Assembly: GCA_026702745.1 (NCBI GenBank)
Contig: JAPPBT010000058.1
Location: 72,408-136,407 of the forward strand
DNA: 64,000 nucleotides
Reading direction: 5' to 3'
DNA from: Gemmatimonadota bacterium
GTDB lineage: Bacteria > JAAXHH01
Shown here: piece after piece, positions 39,311-48,870 of the stretch
How positions within the stretch are numbered: the first letter of the stretch is position 1
Layout of the letters: each line of letters starts with the position of its first letter
Translations under genes and position numbers: made by a program
The notes under the pieces: generated by a model
What the model saw: only the letters and a program-made list of their open reading frames with translations
Told to the model about the DNA's origin: nothing
Database searches by the model: none

Positions 39311-41095
39311 TTGGCCGGTGCCCCGGACTATAGCGACGATGTGTTTTTTGATGAAGTCGACCTGGACGCCCACAGCGCCAGGACCGTAGAGTCCGAGGCC
39401 ATCGAATTCTTCCCCACCGACTACCGCATCGGCCGGACCAAGTACATCTTCGTCACCGGCGGCGTCATGTCCGGCGTGGGCAAGGGCGTCTTCAGCGCCT
39501 CCCTCGGACACCTGCTCAAGCATTACGGATTCACGGTCTCCCAGATCAAGATCGACGGCTACCTGAACCAGGACGCCGGCACCATCAACCCCTATCGCCA
39601 CGGGGAAGTGTTCGTGCTCGAGGACGGCACTGAATGCGACATGGACCTGGGCACCTACGAACGCTTCCTCGACGATAACCTGAACCGGAACAACTACATC
39701 ACATCGGGCCGGGTGTACCGGATCATCCTCGACAAGGAACGGCGGGGCGAGTACCTCGGCCGTGACGTGCAGGTCGTGCCCCACGTGACGGGTGAGATCA
39801 AGAACCTGATCCGGACCAAGGCCCACGAGGGACCCTACGACATCCTGGTCGTCGAGATCGGCGGCACCGTCGGGGATATCGAGAACATCCATTTCATCGA
39901 GGCCGCCCGCGAGATGCTTTACGACGAGGGACGGGACAACGTCATGTCGGTCCACGTCACGCAGGTGCCCTACAACGCGTCCGCCGGGGAACTGAAGACC
40001 AAGCCCACGCAACACAGCGTCAAGGCGCTGCTGCAGCTGGGCATCCAGCCCGATATCGTGGTGTGCCGCTCGGCCATACCCCTGAACAAGAGCGTCCGCC
40101 AGAAGATCAGCCTCTTCTGCAACATCGCCGAGGACCGCGTGGTCAGCAGTCCGGACACGGATTCCATCTACCGGGTGCCGGCCCTGCTCGACCGCCAGGA
40201 GACGGTGCAGATCGTCGCCGACAAGCTCAACGTCAACCTCCCGCAGCGTACCGACCAGCGTCCCGAGATGTTTGACATTTACCTGAAGTACCTTTCGGGA
40301 AGCCATCCTGAAATACGGATCGCCATCACCGGAAAGTACACGGCCCTGCACGATTCCTACGTGAGCATCCTGAACGCCCTGGACCACAGCAAGGTCGCCG
40401 TGGGCGCTGAGATCGCCACCGAGTGGATAGACACGACCGATTTCTCGAGTGATCAGGCGCTGGACGAGGGCATGCTGGACGGGATTTCAGGGATCATCGT
40501 GCCCGGCGGCTTCGGAGAGCGGGGCGCCGAGGGCAAGATACGGTTCATTCAGTACGCCAGGGAGAACGGGTTGCCGTTCCTGGGCCTGTGCTACGGCTTC
40601 CAGCTGGCCGTGGTGGAGTTCGCGCGCAACGCGTGCGGCATGCTGGAAGCCGCCCACGCGGAATTCGACGCGGAGACGGAAACGCCGGTCATCTACCTGT
40701 TGCCCGACCAGCGGAAACTGACCGGCATGGGGGCAACGATGCGGCTCGGAGGACACGAAGTGAAAGTGAAGGCCGGCACGGAAGCCCACCGCTGCTACGG
40801 ATCGGAAGCGGCCGTCGAACGGTTCCGCCACCGGTACGAGTTCAACAACCAGTACCGGGAACTTATCGAGCACAAGGGCATGGTGTTCTCGGGCATGACG
40901 CCCGACGAGGAGATCATGCAGATCCTGGAAATCCCCACGCACCCCTTCTTCGTAGGAACCCAGTTCCACCCCGAGTTGACCAGCCGTCCCTACAGACCCC
41001 ACCCCTTGTTCAGAGGCCTGGTGCAGGCCGCATTGACATACGCGGAATCAGCGGAAGACCGGCAGGTGGCCATGGAGGCCGGGCAAGCGGAATAG
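39311..41095 (+). CDS. pyrG: CTP synthase
   Basis: KYIFVTGGVMSGVGKG, GEVFVLEDG, KTKPTQHSV, PGGFG, GLCYG, RHRYE, QFHPE. Confidence 0.97.
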   Translation: MAGAPDYSDDVFFDEVDLDAHSARTVESEAIEFFPTDYRIGRTKYIFVTGGVMSGVGKGVFSASLGHLLKHYGFTVSQIKIDGYLNQDAGTINPYRHGEVFVLEDGTECDMDLGTYERFLDDNLNRNNYITSGRVYRIILDKERRGEYLGRDVQVVPHVTGEIKNLIRTKAHEGPYDILVVEIGGTVGDIENIHFIEAAREMLYDEGRDNVMSVHVTQVPYNASAGELKTKPTQHSVKALLQLGIQPDIVVCRSAIPLNKSVRQKISLFCNIAEDRVVSSPDTDSIYRVPALLDRQETVQIVADKLNVNLPQRTDQRPEMFDIYLKYLSGSHPEIRIAITGKYTALHDSYVSILNALDHSKVAVGAEIATEWIDTTDFSSDQALDEGMLDGISGIIVPGGFGERGAEGKIRFIQYARENGLPFLGLCYGFQLAVVEFARNACGMLEAAHAEFDAETETPVIYLLPDQRKLTGMGATMRLGGHEVKVKAGTEAHRCYGSEAAVERFRHRYEFNNQYRELIEHKGMVFSGMTPDEEIMQILEIPTHPFFVGTQFHPELTSRPYRPHPLFRGLVQAALTYAESAEDRQVAMEAGQAE

Positions 41096-41163
41096 CGGGA
41101 AGTTGGTCAGTTGGACGTGCGTTCGGTCAGGTCTGGCAGGTACCCGAAAAACAGACTACAGGT

Positions 41164-41409
41164 TCAGTTGGCCTGTTTCGTCAGCCTGGACTTGATGCGG
41201 GCGGCGGTCCGCCGGTGCATCACGCCGCGCTTGACGGCTTTGTCCAGCTTGGAATAGGCCTGTCCGAGCAGCCCGGGCGCCGCTTTGGCGTCCGTGTTAG
41301 CGCGCAGGCGCTTGATGGCGGTTCGGAGGGCGGACTTGACCGTGGCGTTGCGCCGCTGACGAACGCTTTCCTGGCGCAAACGCTTTTTGGATGAAACGAG
41401 GGTAGGCAA
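41164..41409 (-). CDS. rpsT: 30S ribosomal protein S20
   Basis: SSKKRLRQ..RN..KS.LRTAIK, LDKAVKRGVMH..TAAR.KSRL; TTG start with GGGAG RBS. Confidence 0.95.
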   Translation of the reverse strand: MPTLVSSKKRLRQESVRQRRNATVKSALRTAIKRLRANTDAKAAPGLLGQAYSKLDKAVKRGVMHRRTAARIKSRLTKQAN

Positions 41410-41554
41410 CTTTTACTCCCTTAAATACGCTGAATCGTCAATGCACCGCCCGGCGTTCCGACCGAAGCGGCCTGTCGTGATACGGTCCGTTGTGTTGCGG
41501 CCGGTTGTTTTGCAGCCGGTCTTCGGCTCGCAAGGTCCTGTAGAAATCAGCATC

Positions 41555-41583
41555 AAATTAGCTGGCGAGCCGCCGGAAGTCAA
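41555..41583 (-). promoter_or_regulatory. Sigma70-like promoter for rpsT
   Basis: TTGACT-N17-TAATTT on minus strand. Confidence 0.5.
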
Positions 41584-41641
41584 GGTTAAATTGAATCCCG
41601 GCGCCAGACCTCTCGAATCCACGTAACGGACGACCCTTAAC

Positions 41642-43477
41642 ATGGCTGTCGAACCGACGGAAATCGAAAAGAAGCTCAAGTCGCTCCCCGGCAAACCGGG
41701 CGTGTACCTGATGAAAGACGCCCGGTCGCGCATCATCTACGTGGGCAAGACCCGTGCGCTGCGGCAGCGGATCCGCTCTTATTTCCAGAAGACCCGTCTC
41801 ACGGCGCCCAAGGCCGTCGCCCTGGCCAGCCGGATCCGTGACTTCGACTACGTGGCCACCGAGTCGGAGGTCGACGCGCTGCTCCTGGAAGACCATCTCA
41901 TCAAGGAGCACAAGCCGAAATACAACGTGATGCTGCGCGACGACAAGTCCTTTCCCTTCATCATGGTGACCAACGAGGCCTTTCCGCGGGTCGTGGTAAC
42001 GCGCAATGTCCGGCAGGACGGGGCCCGGTACTTCGGCCCCTACACCAACGTGAAGGCCATGCGAAGGACGATCGACCTGGTCCGGAAGGTCTTCCCGCTT
42101 CGCACCTGTCCCAGCGCGAAGGCGTGGCCGTCCATGGACCGGCCCTGCCTCGATTACTACATCGACCGCTGTCCCGGTCCGTGCAAGGGACACATCGGCG
42201 AGGAAGGATACGGCGAGATCATCGAGCAGGTTTGCCAGTTTCTCACGGGCAGGACGAAGGACCTGCTGAAACAGTTAAAGGTACGGATGGCGCAGGCATC
42301 AGAGCAGTTGCAGTTCGAACTGGCGGGACGCATTCGCGACCAGATCGTCGCCATCGAGAAGACGACGATCCGCCAACGGGCTTTTTCAAGCAGGGAATTG
42401 GACCGGGACATCATCGGACTCGCCAGGAACGGGACCGACGTGTGCGGAGCGGTCCTGCAGGTCAGGGAGGGCAAACTGCTGGGCAAGGAGCACTTCTTCC
42501 TGACCGCGCCGGAGGAGTCCACGGAACCGGAGACACTGGGCGCCTTCCTGACCCAGTACTACCTCGCCGCGCAGCTCTGGCCCGACGAGATCCTCCTGAG
42601 CGGCGAACCGGACGGCTTGGAGACCTTCCGGGAATGGATGGCCCGGCAGCGTGGATCCAAAGTCGAAATCGCCGTGCCCCGCCGGGGCGACAAGGCCGCC
42701 ATGGTCCGGCTTGCCGTGCAGAACGCCGAACTGCAGCTGAACACCCACGCCTTGAAACGGGCCGAAGCCCGGGTTCGCCGCAGCATGCCGGCCTCGGTGG
42801 GATCCCTGCAGGAAATCCTCGGACTCGAGACGCCCCCACGGCGCGTGGAGACCTTCGACATCTCCAATATCCAGGGTTCGGACCCGGTGGCCTCCATGGT
42901 CTGCTTCGTGGACGGCCGGCCCCGCAAGTCGGACTACCGGAAATTCAAGGTCAGGGACGTGATCGGCCCCAATGACTTCGCCATGATGCAGGAGGTGGTC
43001 GGCCGGCGGTACCGGCGGCTGATCGACGAGAACAAGCCCCTGCCGGACCTCATACTCATCGACGGCGGCAAGGGACAGCTTTCCAGCGTACGGCAGGTCC
43101 TGAACGAACTGGGCCTGGTCGACCTGCCGGTCATCGGCCTGGCGAAGCGCCTGGAGGAAGTCTTCCGTCCGGGCCAGTCCGAACCGATCCTCGTCCCCCG
43201 GTCCTCCCCGGCCCTGAAGATGCTCATGCAGGCCCGGGACGAAGCCCACCGTTTCGCCGTGACCTTTCACCGGCAGCAACGGGGAAGGCGCATGATCCGT
43301 TCGGAACTGGACAACATACCGGGGGTGGGGCCGAAACGGAAACAGCAGTTGATCCTGGCCCTCGGTTCCGTGGAGAACATCCGGAAATGCACCGAGGAGG
43401 AACTCAGGACGGTCCAGGGCGTGGGCAAGGACGCGGCGCGGAAGGTGTTCCGGTATTTCCATCCGGAGGTATCTTGA
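41642..43477 (+). CDS. uvrC: Excinuclease ABC subunit C
   Basis: GIY-YIG PGVYLM..YVGK, FDISN, IDGGKGQ, RDEAHRFA, HhH IPGVG. Confidence 0.97.
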   Translation: MAVEPTEIEKKLKSLPGKPGVYLMKDARSRIIYVGKTRALRQRIRSYFQKTRLTAPKAVALASRIRDFDYVATESEVDALLLEDHLIKEHKPKYNVMLRDDKSFPFIMVTNEAFPRVVVTRNVRQDGARYFGPYTNVKAMRRTIDLVRKVFPLRTCPSAKAWPSMDRPCLDYYIDRCPGPCKGHIGEEGYGEIIEQVCQFLTGRTKDLLKQLKVRMAQASEQLQFELAGRIRDQIVAIEKTTIRQRAFSSRELDRDIIGLARNGTDVCGAVLQVREGKLLGKEHFFLTAPEESTEPETLGAFLTQYYLAAQLWPDEILLSGEPDGLETFREWMARQRGSKVEIAVPRRGDKAAMVRLAVQNAELQLNTHALKRAEARVRRSMPASVGSLQEILGLETPPRRVETFDISNIQGSDPVASMVCFVDGRPRKSDYRKFKVRDVIGPNDFAMMQEVVGRRYRRLIDENKPLPDLILIDGGKGQLSSVRQVLNELGLVDLPVIGLAKRLEEVFRPGQSEPILVPRSSPALKMLMQARDEAHRFAVTFHRQQRGRRMIRSELDNIPGVGPKRKQQLILALGSVENIRKCTEEELRTVQGVGKDAARKVFRYFHPEVS

Positions 43478-43581
43478 ATGGTACGTAACGGGCAGGCGGC
43501 TGCGGCTCGATACGGCGCGGAATCAGATTGCGTGGGAGGAAGGAACGGCTTAGTATGTCTGTAACGGCGTCCGGGTTTAAG

Positions 43582-43613
43582 TTTGAATACTTTCGGCGCG
43601 GTTTTTGAATACT
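43582..43613 (+). promoter_or_regulatory. Direct repeat TTTGAATACT x2, 22-bp period
   Basis: Copies at 43582-43591 and 43604-43613 in AT-rich intergenic DNA. Confidence 0.45.
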
Positions 43614-43725
43614 CCAATGGATTCGGATGGACCGGATGGCCGCCGGATCGCAGCCGGATCGATTAAAACACAATGACAGCAATATGACGCCATCGCATCG
43701 GCGTCGGGTTCCGGAGGATACATAC

Positions 43726-44079
43726 GTGGGCAAGGTTCTAAGGTCATACGAGTTGCTGGAAGAACGCATGAAGGAAATCTACTTCGATTTCTACCGGGAG
43801 ACCTACCGGGAGGGCACGGCACTCGACAACAAGACCAAGGAACTGATCGCCATCGCCGCGTCGCTGAGCGCCGGATGCCAGAACTGCCTGGAAGGCCATC
43901 TCAAGAAGGCCATGAAGTACGGCGCCGACGGCGCTGAGATCCGGGAAGCCGTGGCCATCGCCGTGGGGGTGGCGGCCGCCACGATCGTGGACCGCAGCGA
44001 CCTGGCGAATTTCGAGATGAATTTCAATGAACTGCTCAAGAAAGCGACCGGGGCCGAGAAGGCAGGCAGCAAGACCTGA
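43726..44079 (+). CDS. Carboxymuconolactone decarboxylase/AhpD-like protein
   Basis: ALDNKTKELIAIA..GCQNCLEGH (CxxC); GGAGGA RBS 7 nt before GTG 43726. Confidence 0.85.
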   Translation: MGKVLRSYELLEERMKEIYFDFYRETYREGTALDNKTKELIAIAASLSAGCQNCLEGHLKKAMKYGADGAEIREAVAIAVGVAAATIVDRSDLANFEMNFNELLKKATGAEKAGSKT

Positions 44080-44215
44080 GTTCCCAAGGCTGGGTCGGGC
44101 GCCGGGGTCGGATCGGGACGGGTTCGCGTCCCGGGTACCTGTCTTATGATATTCGAGGGTTCAAGATATCAGGTACGGTCGGTATAGAAAACGATCGACT
44201 GAATGGGAGGAAAGC

Positions 44216-44941
44216 GTGAAGAGAATGTTCTCAATGTTTTTATGCACAATGTTTGCCGCGGCCTTCGTATTTTCCAACGTACAGGCGCAGACCGCGGACC
44301 AGGGCCAGGAGCCCCTGACCGACGACGAGAAGAAGATCGTCGCCTACATCATGAAGCAGGTCTCCGAATCCAAGGCCGGCAAGCCGAACTTCGGTCCGGA
44401 AACGGCCATGGCCGTTTACAGTGAACTGGGAATCCAGGTCACCCCTAACATGGTTCCCCGCGTACGGGCGGCCGTCGTGGCCGAGTTGAAGGCCATCGAG
44501 GCCCGTCTCATGCTGAAGGAAGGCAGCGCCGCGCCCGATTTCAACCTGCCGGTCCTGGGCGGCGGTGAGGCCAGTCTATCCGCGTTGAAGGGGAAGGTGG
44601 TCGTGGTGAACTTCTGGGCCACCTGGTGCCCGCCCTGTCTCGTGGAGATGCCGATGCTGAGCGAACTCTACGAGACCTACCGGGACCAGGGGTTGGAGGT
44701 GCTCGGACTTTCCCTCGACGAAGAGGGGCTTCCCATTACGAAACCTTTCGTCGAAAAGCTGAACGTATCCTATCCCATCGTGGAAGCGGACCGGAAGACC
44801 TACCAGGCCTACGGCAACGTGCTGACCATACCCCACACCTTCGTGATCGATCGTGAAGGCACTGTCACGAAGCGGTTCGTCAACAACCAGACGAAAGACG
44901 CATTCGAAGCCGCGATCAAGGCCGCGCTCGCGAAGAAGTAG
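44216..44941 (+). CDS. Exported TlpA/ResA-like thiol-disulfide oxidoreductase
   Basis: Signal peptide, APDFNL, NFWATWCPPC..EMP, IPHTFVID. Confidence 0.9.
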   Translation: MKRMFSMFLCTMFAAAFVFSNVQAQTADQGQEPLTDDEKKIVAYIMKQVSESKAGKPNFGPETAMAVYSELGIQVTPNMVPRVRAAVVAELKAIEARLMLKEGSAAPDFNLPVLGGGEASLSALKGKVVVVNFWATWCPPCLVEMPMLSELYETYRDQGLEVLGLSLDEEGLPITKPFVEKLNVSYPIVEADRKTYQAYGNVLTIPHTFVIDREGTVTKRFVNNQTKDAFEAAIKAALAKK

Positions 44942-44953
44942 ACGGGCTGGAGT

Positions 44954-44981
44954 CCCGGGGCTGACAGGCCAGCGTCCCGGG
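44954..44981. terminator. GC hairpin between convergent genes
   Basis: cccggggctg acaggc cagcgtcccggg imperfect stem; no U-tract. Confidence 0.3.
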
Positions 44982-45022
44982 GCATGCCACGGGACCGTCT
45001 ATCGGTCCGCCGTTCCGTTCGC

Positions 45023-46117
45023 CTATCGGTCCGCCCTGTGTTTTTCAATCGCATCCATGTTCAGCGCCACGCCTAGCCCTGCCCGGTCGGATATACGGAT
45101 CCGTCCGCCTTCGATCATTTCCGCCGGTTCGATGAGTTCGTGTCTCCACGGTACCTCTCCCCAGGCGTATTCCAGGATCTGAAACCCGGGATGGGCGGCC
45201 ATGGCCTGCACGCCCGCCGCGATGGTCAGCGGTCCGAAGGGTCCGTGCGGCGCGGTGGGAATCCCCCGGCCCTCCGCCATGGCGGCGACCTTCTTCAGTT
45301 CCGATAGCCCACCTACGATCGTTACGTCCGGCATGATCACGTCCATCATTTCCTGGTCCAGGATGGGCCAGAACCCTTCCCTGTACATCAGGCTCTCGCC
45401 TCCGGCCAGCGGAACGTCGATGTGGTCCCTAATGGTCCGGTAGCCTTCGTGGTCTTCATCGGGCACGGGTTCCTCGTACCAGTACAGGTCCAGGTCCTTC
45501 AGCGCGTCGAAGACCTCGCACCCGCCCCGGGCGGTGAAGTGGCTGTGGCAGTCGATGAGCAGGGACACGTCCGGACCGATGGCGGCGCGCACCGCTTCCA
45601 TGCAGGCGATGCCCTCCCGGGCGTCCGAAGCCCGATCGATACCGGCAGGCATCCCGTCGAAGGGTGCGAGCTTCACGGCGTCGAATCCGTCCGCGACCGC
45701 GGCGGCTGCGTTCCGGGCGAATCCCGCGGGTGTCCGGTCGGTGGTGGCCCGGTTGAAGTTGGCGTACAGGAGGATTTCATCGCGGCAGCGTCCTCCGATG
45801 AGGTCGGCCACAGGTACGCCCAGGACCTTGCCCTTGATGTCCCACAGGGCCTGGTCGAGGGCGCTCAACGCCATCACTTTCGGCCGGTCGACAGGCGAAG
45901 GGAGGAGTTCGGCCAGGATGCGTTCGATGGCGCCGGGATCGCGTCCGGCCAGCACAGGTTCGGCCTGTTGCAGGAACTCCACGCTACCGGACCTTGCCCC
46001 GCCGGGATTTACCTCGCCGTAACCGGTGATCCCTTCGTCGGTGTGCACCGCCAGGAACGTCCAGTCTCCCCGGTGGTTCACGTGGACAGCGTGGGTCTTC
46101 AGGGCGGTTATCTTCAT
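45023..46117 (-). CDS. Mandelate racemase/galactonate dehydratase-like enolase-superfamily protein
   Basis: TDEGITGYGE, ALWDIKGK, DCH, WYEEP, GGE, MPDV, APH. Confidence 0.9.
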   Translation of the reverse strand: MKITALKTHAVHVNHRGDWTFLAVHTDEGITGYGEVNPGGARSGSVEFLQQAEPVLAGRDPGAIERILAELLPSPVDRPKVMALSALDQALWDIKGKVLGVPVADLIGGRCRDEILLYANFNRATTDRTPAGFARNAAAAVADGFDAVKLAPFDGMPAGIDRASDAREGIACMEAVRAAIGPDVSLLIDCHSHFTARGGCEVFDALKDLDLYWYEEPVPDEDHEGYRTIRDHIDVPLAGGESLMYREGFWPILDQEMMDVIMPDVTIVGGLSELKKVAAMAEGRGIPTAPHGPFGPLTIAAGVQAMAAHPGFQILEYAWGEVPWRHELIEPAEMIEGGRIRISDRAGLGVALNMDAIEKHRADR

Positions 46118-46170
46118 GATCTAACGCTATATTCTGTCATTGATTACGGCAACGCATTTGTTTATATAAC

Positions 46171-46233
46171 GCCTTGGCCGGGGCGTTCGGCTATGCCTTG
46201 GCCGGGGCGTTCGGCTATGCCTTGGCCGGGGCG
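46171..46233. repeat. 24-bp tandem repeat (~2.6 copies) in divergent intergenic region
   Basis: gccttggccggggcgttcggctat at 46171 and 46195; partial at 46219. Confidence 0.9.
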
Positions 46234-46341
46234 GTGGCAGTTGGTAACTTGTGACTCCGGCAATGTATCCACGAAACAGGAGAACATTTACGGACAGGGA
46301 TCCGACAGCGGACAGGGAATCGATTCGACGAAGGGAGTGGC

Positions 46342-47046
46342 ATGAGTACGCAACGCGCAGCGGTCATTACGGGAGCGGGACGCGGCATGGGAGCGGCCAT
46401 CGCGAGGAACCTGGCCGGCCAGGGGTGGGCTGTCTCGCTGCTTTCCCCCTCCGGTGCGGCGGAATCGCTCGCCGGCGAACTGGGCGGCATCGGCGTGACG
46501 GGATCCGTCACGGACCAGGCCGACCTGAAGAAACTGGTGGACCAGACCATGGACGCCCACGGCCGCATCGACGGCGTCGTCAACAGCACCGGGCATCCGC
46601 CCAAGGGCAGTCTCCTGGACATACCGGACGAAGACTGGCACGAGGGACTGGACATCGTGTTTCTCAACGTGGTCCGCATGGCGCGCCTCGTCACGCCGAT
46701 CATGGTTGAACAGGGCGGTGGATCCATCGTGAACATCTCGACCTACGCCGCTTTCGAACCGGAGCATTACTTTCCCGTATCGACTGCTTTCCGGGCAGCC
46801 CTGGCGAGTTATACGAAGATCTACGCCGACAACCACGCCGGGGACAACATCCGGATGAACAACATCCTGCCGGGGTTCATCAACAGCCTCCCGGAATCGG
46901 AGGCCTTCAGGTCGCGCATACCCATGGGACGCTACGGCACCGTGGAAGAGATCGCGGAAACGGCCGCTTTCCTGCTGTCGCCCGGATCCGGCTATATCAC
47001 CGGCCAGAACCTGCGCGTCGACGGAGGCATCACGCGGTCGGTCTGA
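46342..47046 (+). CDS. SDR family oxidoreductase
   Basis: TGAGRGMG, IVNIST, NNILPG, YITGQNLRVDGG. Confidence 0.9.
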   Translation: MSTQRAAVITGAGRGMGAAIARNLAGQGWAVSLLSPSGAAESLAGELGGIGVTGSVTDQADLKKLVDQTMDAHGRIDGVVNSTGHPPKGSLLDIPDEDWHEGLDIVFLNVVRMARLVTPIMVEQGGGSIVNISTYAAFEPEHYFPVSTAFRAALASYTKIYADNHAGDNIRMNNILPGFINSLPESEAFRSRIPMGRYGTVEEIAETAAFLLSPGSGYITGQNLRVDGGITRSV

Positions 47047-47067
47047 GCGATCCGAACAGGGGAGATC

Positions 47068-47808
47068 ATGGAACAGGCCGACCTGGCGTTTTTTCGTCAG
47101 AACGGATTCATAAACCTCGGGAAGGTCCTGGGCGACGAGGAGGTGGATCGTTTTCTGAATTTCTTCGACGAGGACCGCCGCAAATACCCCTATTTCTGGC
47201 ATCCCTACGGCCACCACCAGGAGGCCAACTACGACGCCCTCGTCACCACGCCGGCCTTCGACGGACTGATCCGCCATCCCGCTGTCTACGGCACCATCGA
47301 GGAACTGATGGGCGGTCCGCTCTGTTTCGGAGAAATCGGGCTGCGATCTATGGGACCGTACAAGGGCGAATTCCACCAGCGCTGGCACCGCGACAAGGCC
47401 CACTGGCTCGACCATCCCCTCCGCATGGACTACATCCAGCTCATGGTCTATTTCACCGACGTGGATGAAGATACCCACTGCTTCTCCATCTCGCCCGAAG
47501 GGATCGATCAGCCTGTTCTGAAGGAGAGCAGCGCGCAGCTGGAGCGGGGCGTCTACGACCTCCATGGACCCGCGGGCACCTGCGCGTTGTTCAACGTATC
47601 GGTGCTCCATACGGCCACCACGCGTCCCACGCGGGCCGTGCGGAAGACCGCCCAGATCTACTACGGCCACCGGGACCGGGATCCGCTGGCCAATGATTCG
47701 GGGATTCCCGCCGCCCTCTGGCGGGACAGCGACGACCCGGAGACCCGGGCCTTCTACGGCGTCCTGAACGAACGCACCAGGCTTTACATGGCGGCTTTTG
47801 GAAGGTAG
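47068..47808 (+). CDS. PhyH family dioxygenase
   Basis: FFRQNGF, WHRD, AGTCALFN..LH, R. Confidence 0.8.
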   Translation: MEQADLAFFRQNGFINLGKVLGDEEVDRFLNFFDEDRRKYPYFWHPYGHHQEANYDALVTTPAFDGLIRHPAVYGTIEELMGGPLCFGEIGLRSMGPYKGEFHQRWHRDKAHWLDHPLRMDYIQLMVYFTDVDEDTHCFSISPEGIDQPVLKESSAQLERGVYDLHGPAGTCALFNVSVLHTATTRPTRAVRKTAQIYYGHRDRDPLANDSGIPAALWRDSDDPETRAFYGVLNERTRLYMAAFGR

Positions 47809-47826
47809 GCGGGGAACGCTTCATAT

Positions 47827-48267
47827 TTACTTAGCGGTCCTGCCCTCGAGCCATACCTCGATGTGATGCGCGAAAGTTTCGAATTCGCTCAGACGCGTGC
47901 CCAGAATCTGCTCTATCACGTCGAGATCAACATCCAGATAACCATGCACGAGCACGTTGCGGAATCCCGCCACATTGCGAAAAACCGACGTAAAACCGGC
48001 AGGCAGGACGCCCAACTCCGCCAACCGGTCAATAGCCGTGGCATAGTCCGGCGCGTCAAGACCGGCTGACGACGATAGATGAGTCGCCACGTCGATCGCG
48101 TTCTGCGTACACAGTTGAAGGCCTCTTTCGACCATCCAGCGTAGGTCGGAATCCGCGCGCAACCGTGTGGCAGACACATCCGAATGTTGTTGCAGATTGG
48201 CCACTGCGCGTCTCAGCTCGGCCAGGTGCCGACGCACGACGACCAAATCAAGGCGCCCTCCGGTCAC
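47827..48267 (-). CDS. HEPN (DUF86/HepT-like) ribonuclease toxin
   Basis: RNVLVHGY (Rx4HxY); GTG overlaps MNT TGA. Confidence 0.9.
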   Translation of the reverse strand: MTGGRLDLVVVRRHLAELRRAVANLQQHSDVSATRLRADSDLRWMVERGLQLCTQNAIDVATHLSSSAGLDAPDYATAIDRLAELGVLPAGFTSVFRNVAGFRNVLVHGYLDVDLDVIEQILGTRLSEFETFAHHIEVWLEGRTAK

Positions 48268-48716
48268 GATCCACTCCGGGCGGCAGAAGACCGCGCCGCT
48301 TCCATTTTCGCAAGCTGGGGAACGAAGTCGCAATACCGGGAGACCGCCTGTCCCTCGCGCGTCGTCGTCGCGGCCAGGTCTCGCGAAAGAACGCGTAATC
48401 CGTCGCGAAGCACGTGATAGTACAGCACCGGAGGCGCGTGGTTGAGGATCAGGAGATCGACGCCGTTGTCCCGAAGGCCTTCTATGAGCACGGTCGAGAG
48501 TTCTGCCCGCAGGCCGAAGCCGCTCCGGTCTTCGTGTGCCTCGTCAATGTAGACGGCTACGTCGATATCGCTGTGAAGTTGCGCCCCGCCCCGCGCGTGA
48601 GAACCGAACAGGTAGGCCTCGAGTACTTCCTGTCGGGATTCCAGCAAGCCCGCAATGCGCGGGCCCAGGGATCCATTATCGACATCCATGTTGTCAACAC
48701 CCTGATTATCATGCAT
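48264..48716 (-). CDS. MNT (MntA-like) nucleotidyltransferase antitoxin
   Basis: GSHARGGAQLHSDID (GSx10DxD), VDLLILN. Confidence 0.9.
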   Translation of the reverse strand: MHDNQGVDNMDVDNGSLGPRIAGLLESRQEVLEAYLFGSHARGGAQLHSDIDVAVYIDEAHEDRSGFGLRAELSTVLIEGLRDNGVDLLILNHAPPVLYYHVLRDGLRVLSRDLAATTTREGQAVSRYCDFVPQLAKMEAARSSAARSGS

Positions 48717-48819
48717 CGCCTTTGCCTTCCCATTCGTTAGCAACTAGCCAGACTCGGATGAGCACCAAAGCTAGAATCGTCTGACGAACAGACCGGACAA
48801 TCGAACAAATCCTTGCGTT

Positions 48820-48848
48820 AATATACGACCGTTCCAACCACCGGGCAA
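48820..48848 (-). promoter_or_regulatory. Sigma70-like promoter for MNT-HEPN
   Basis: TTGCCC-N17-TATATT on minus strand. Confidence 0.5.
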
Positions 48849-48870
48849 TGTATCAGATCCACCGATTCCG

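Noticed and set aside
43726-44079. Selenocysteine-containing AhpD-like protein
   Set aside because: Both CxxC residues are encoded by TGC; there is no in-frame TGA.
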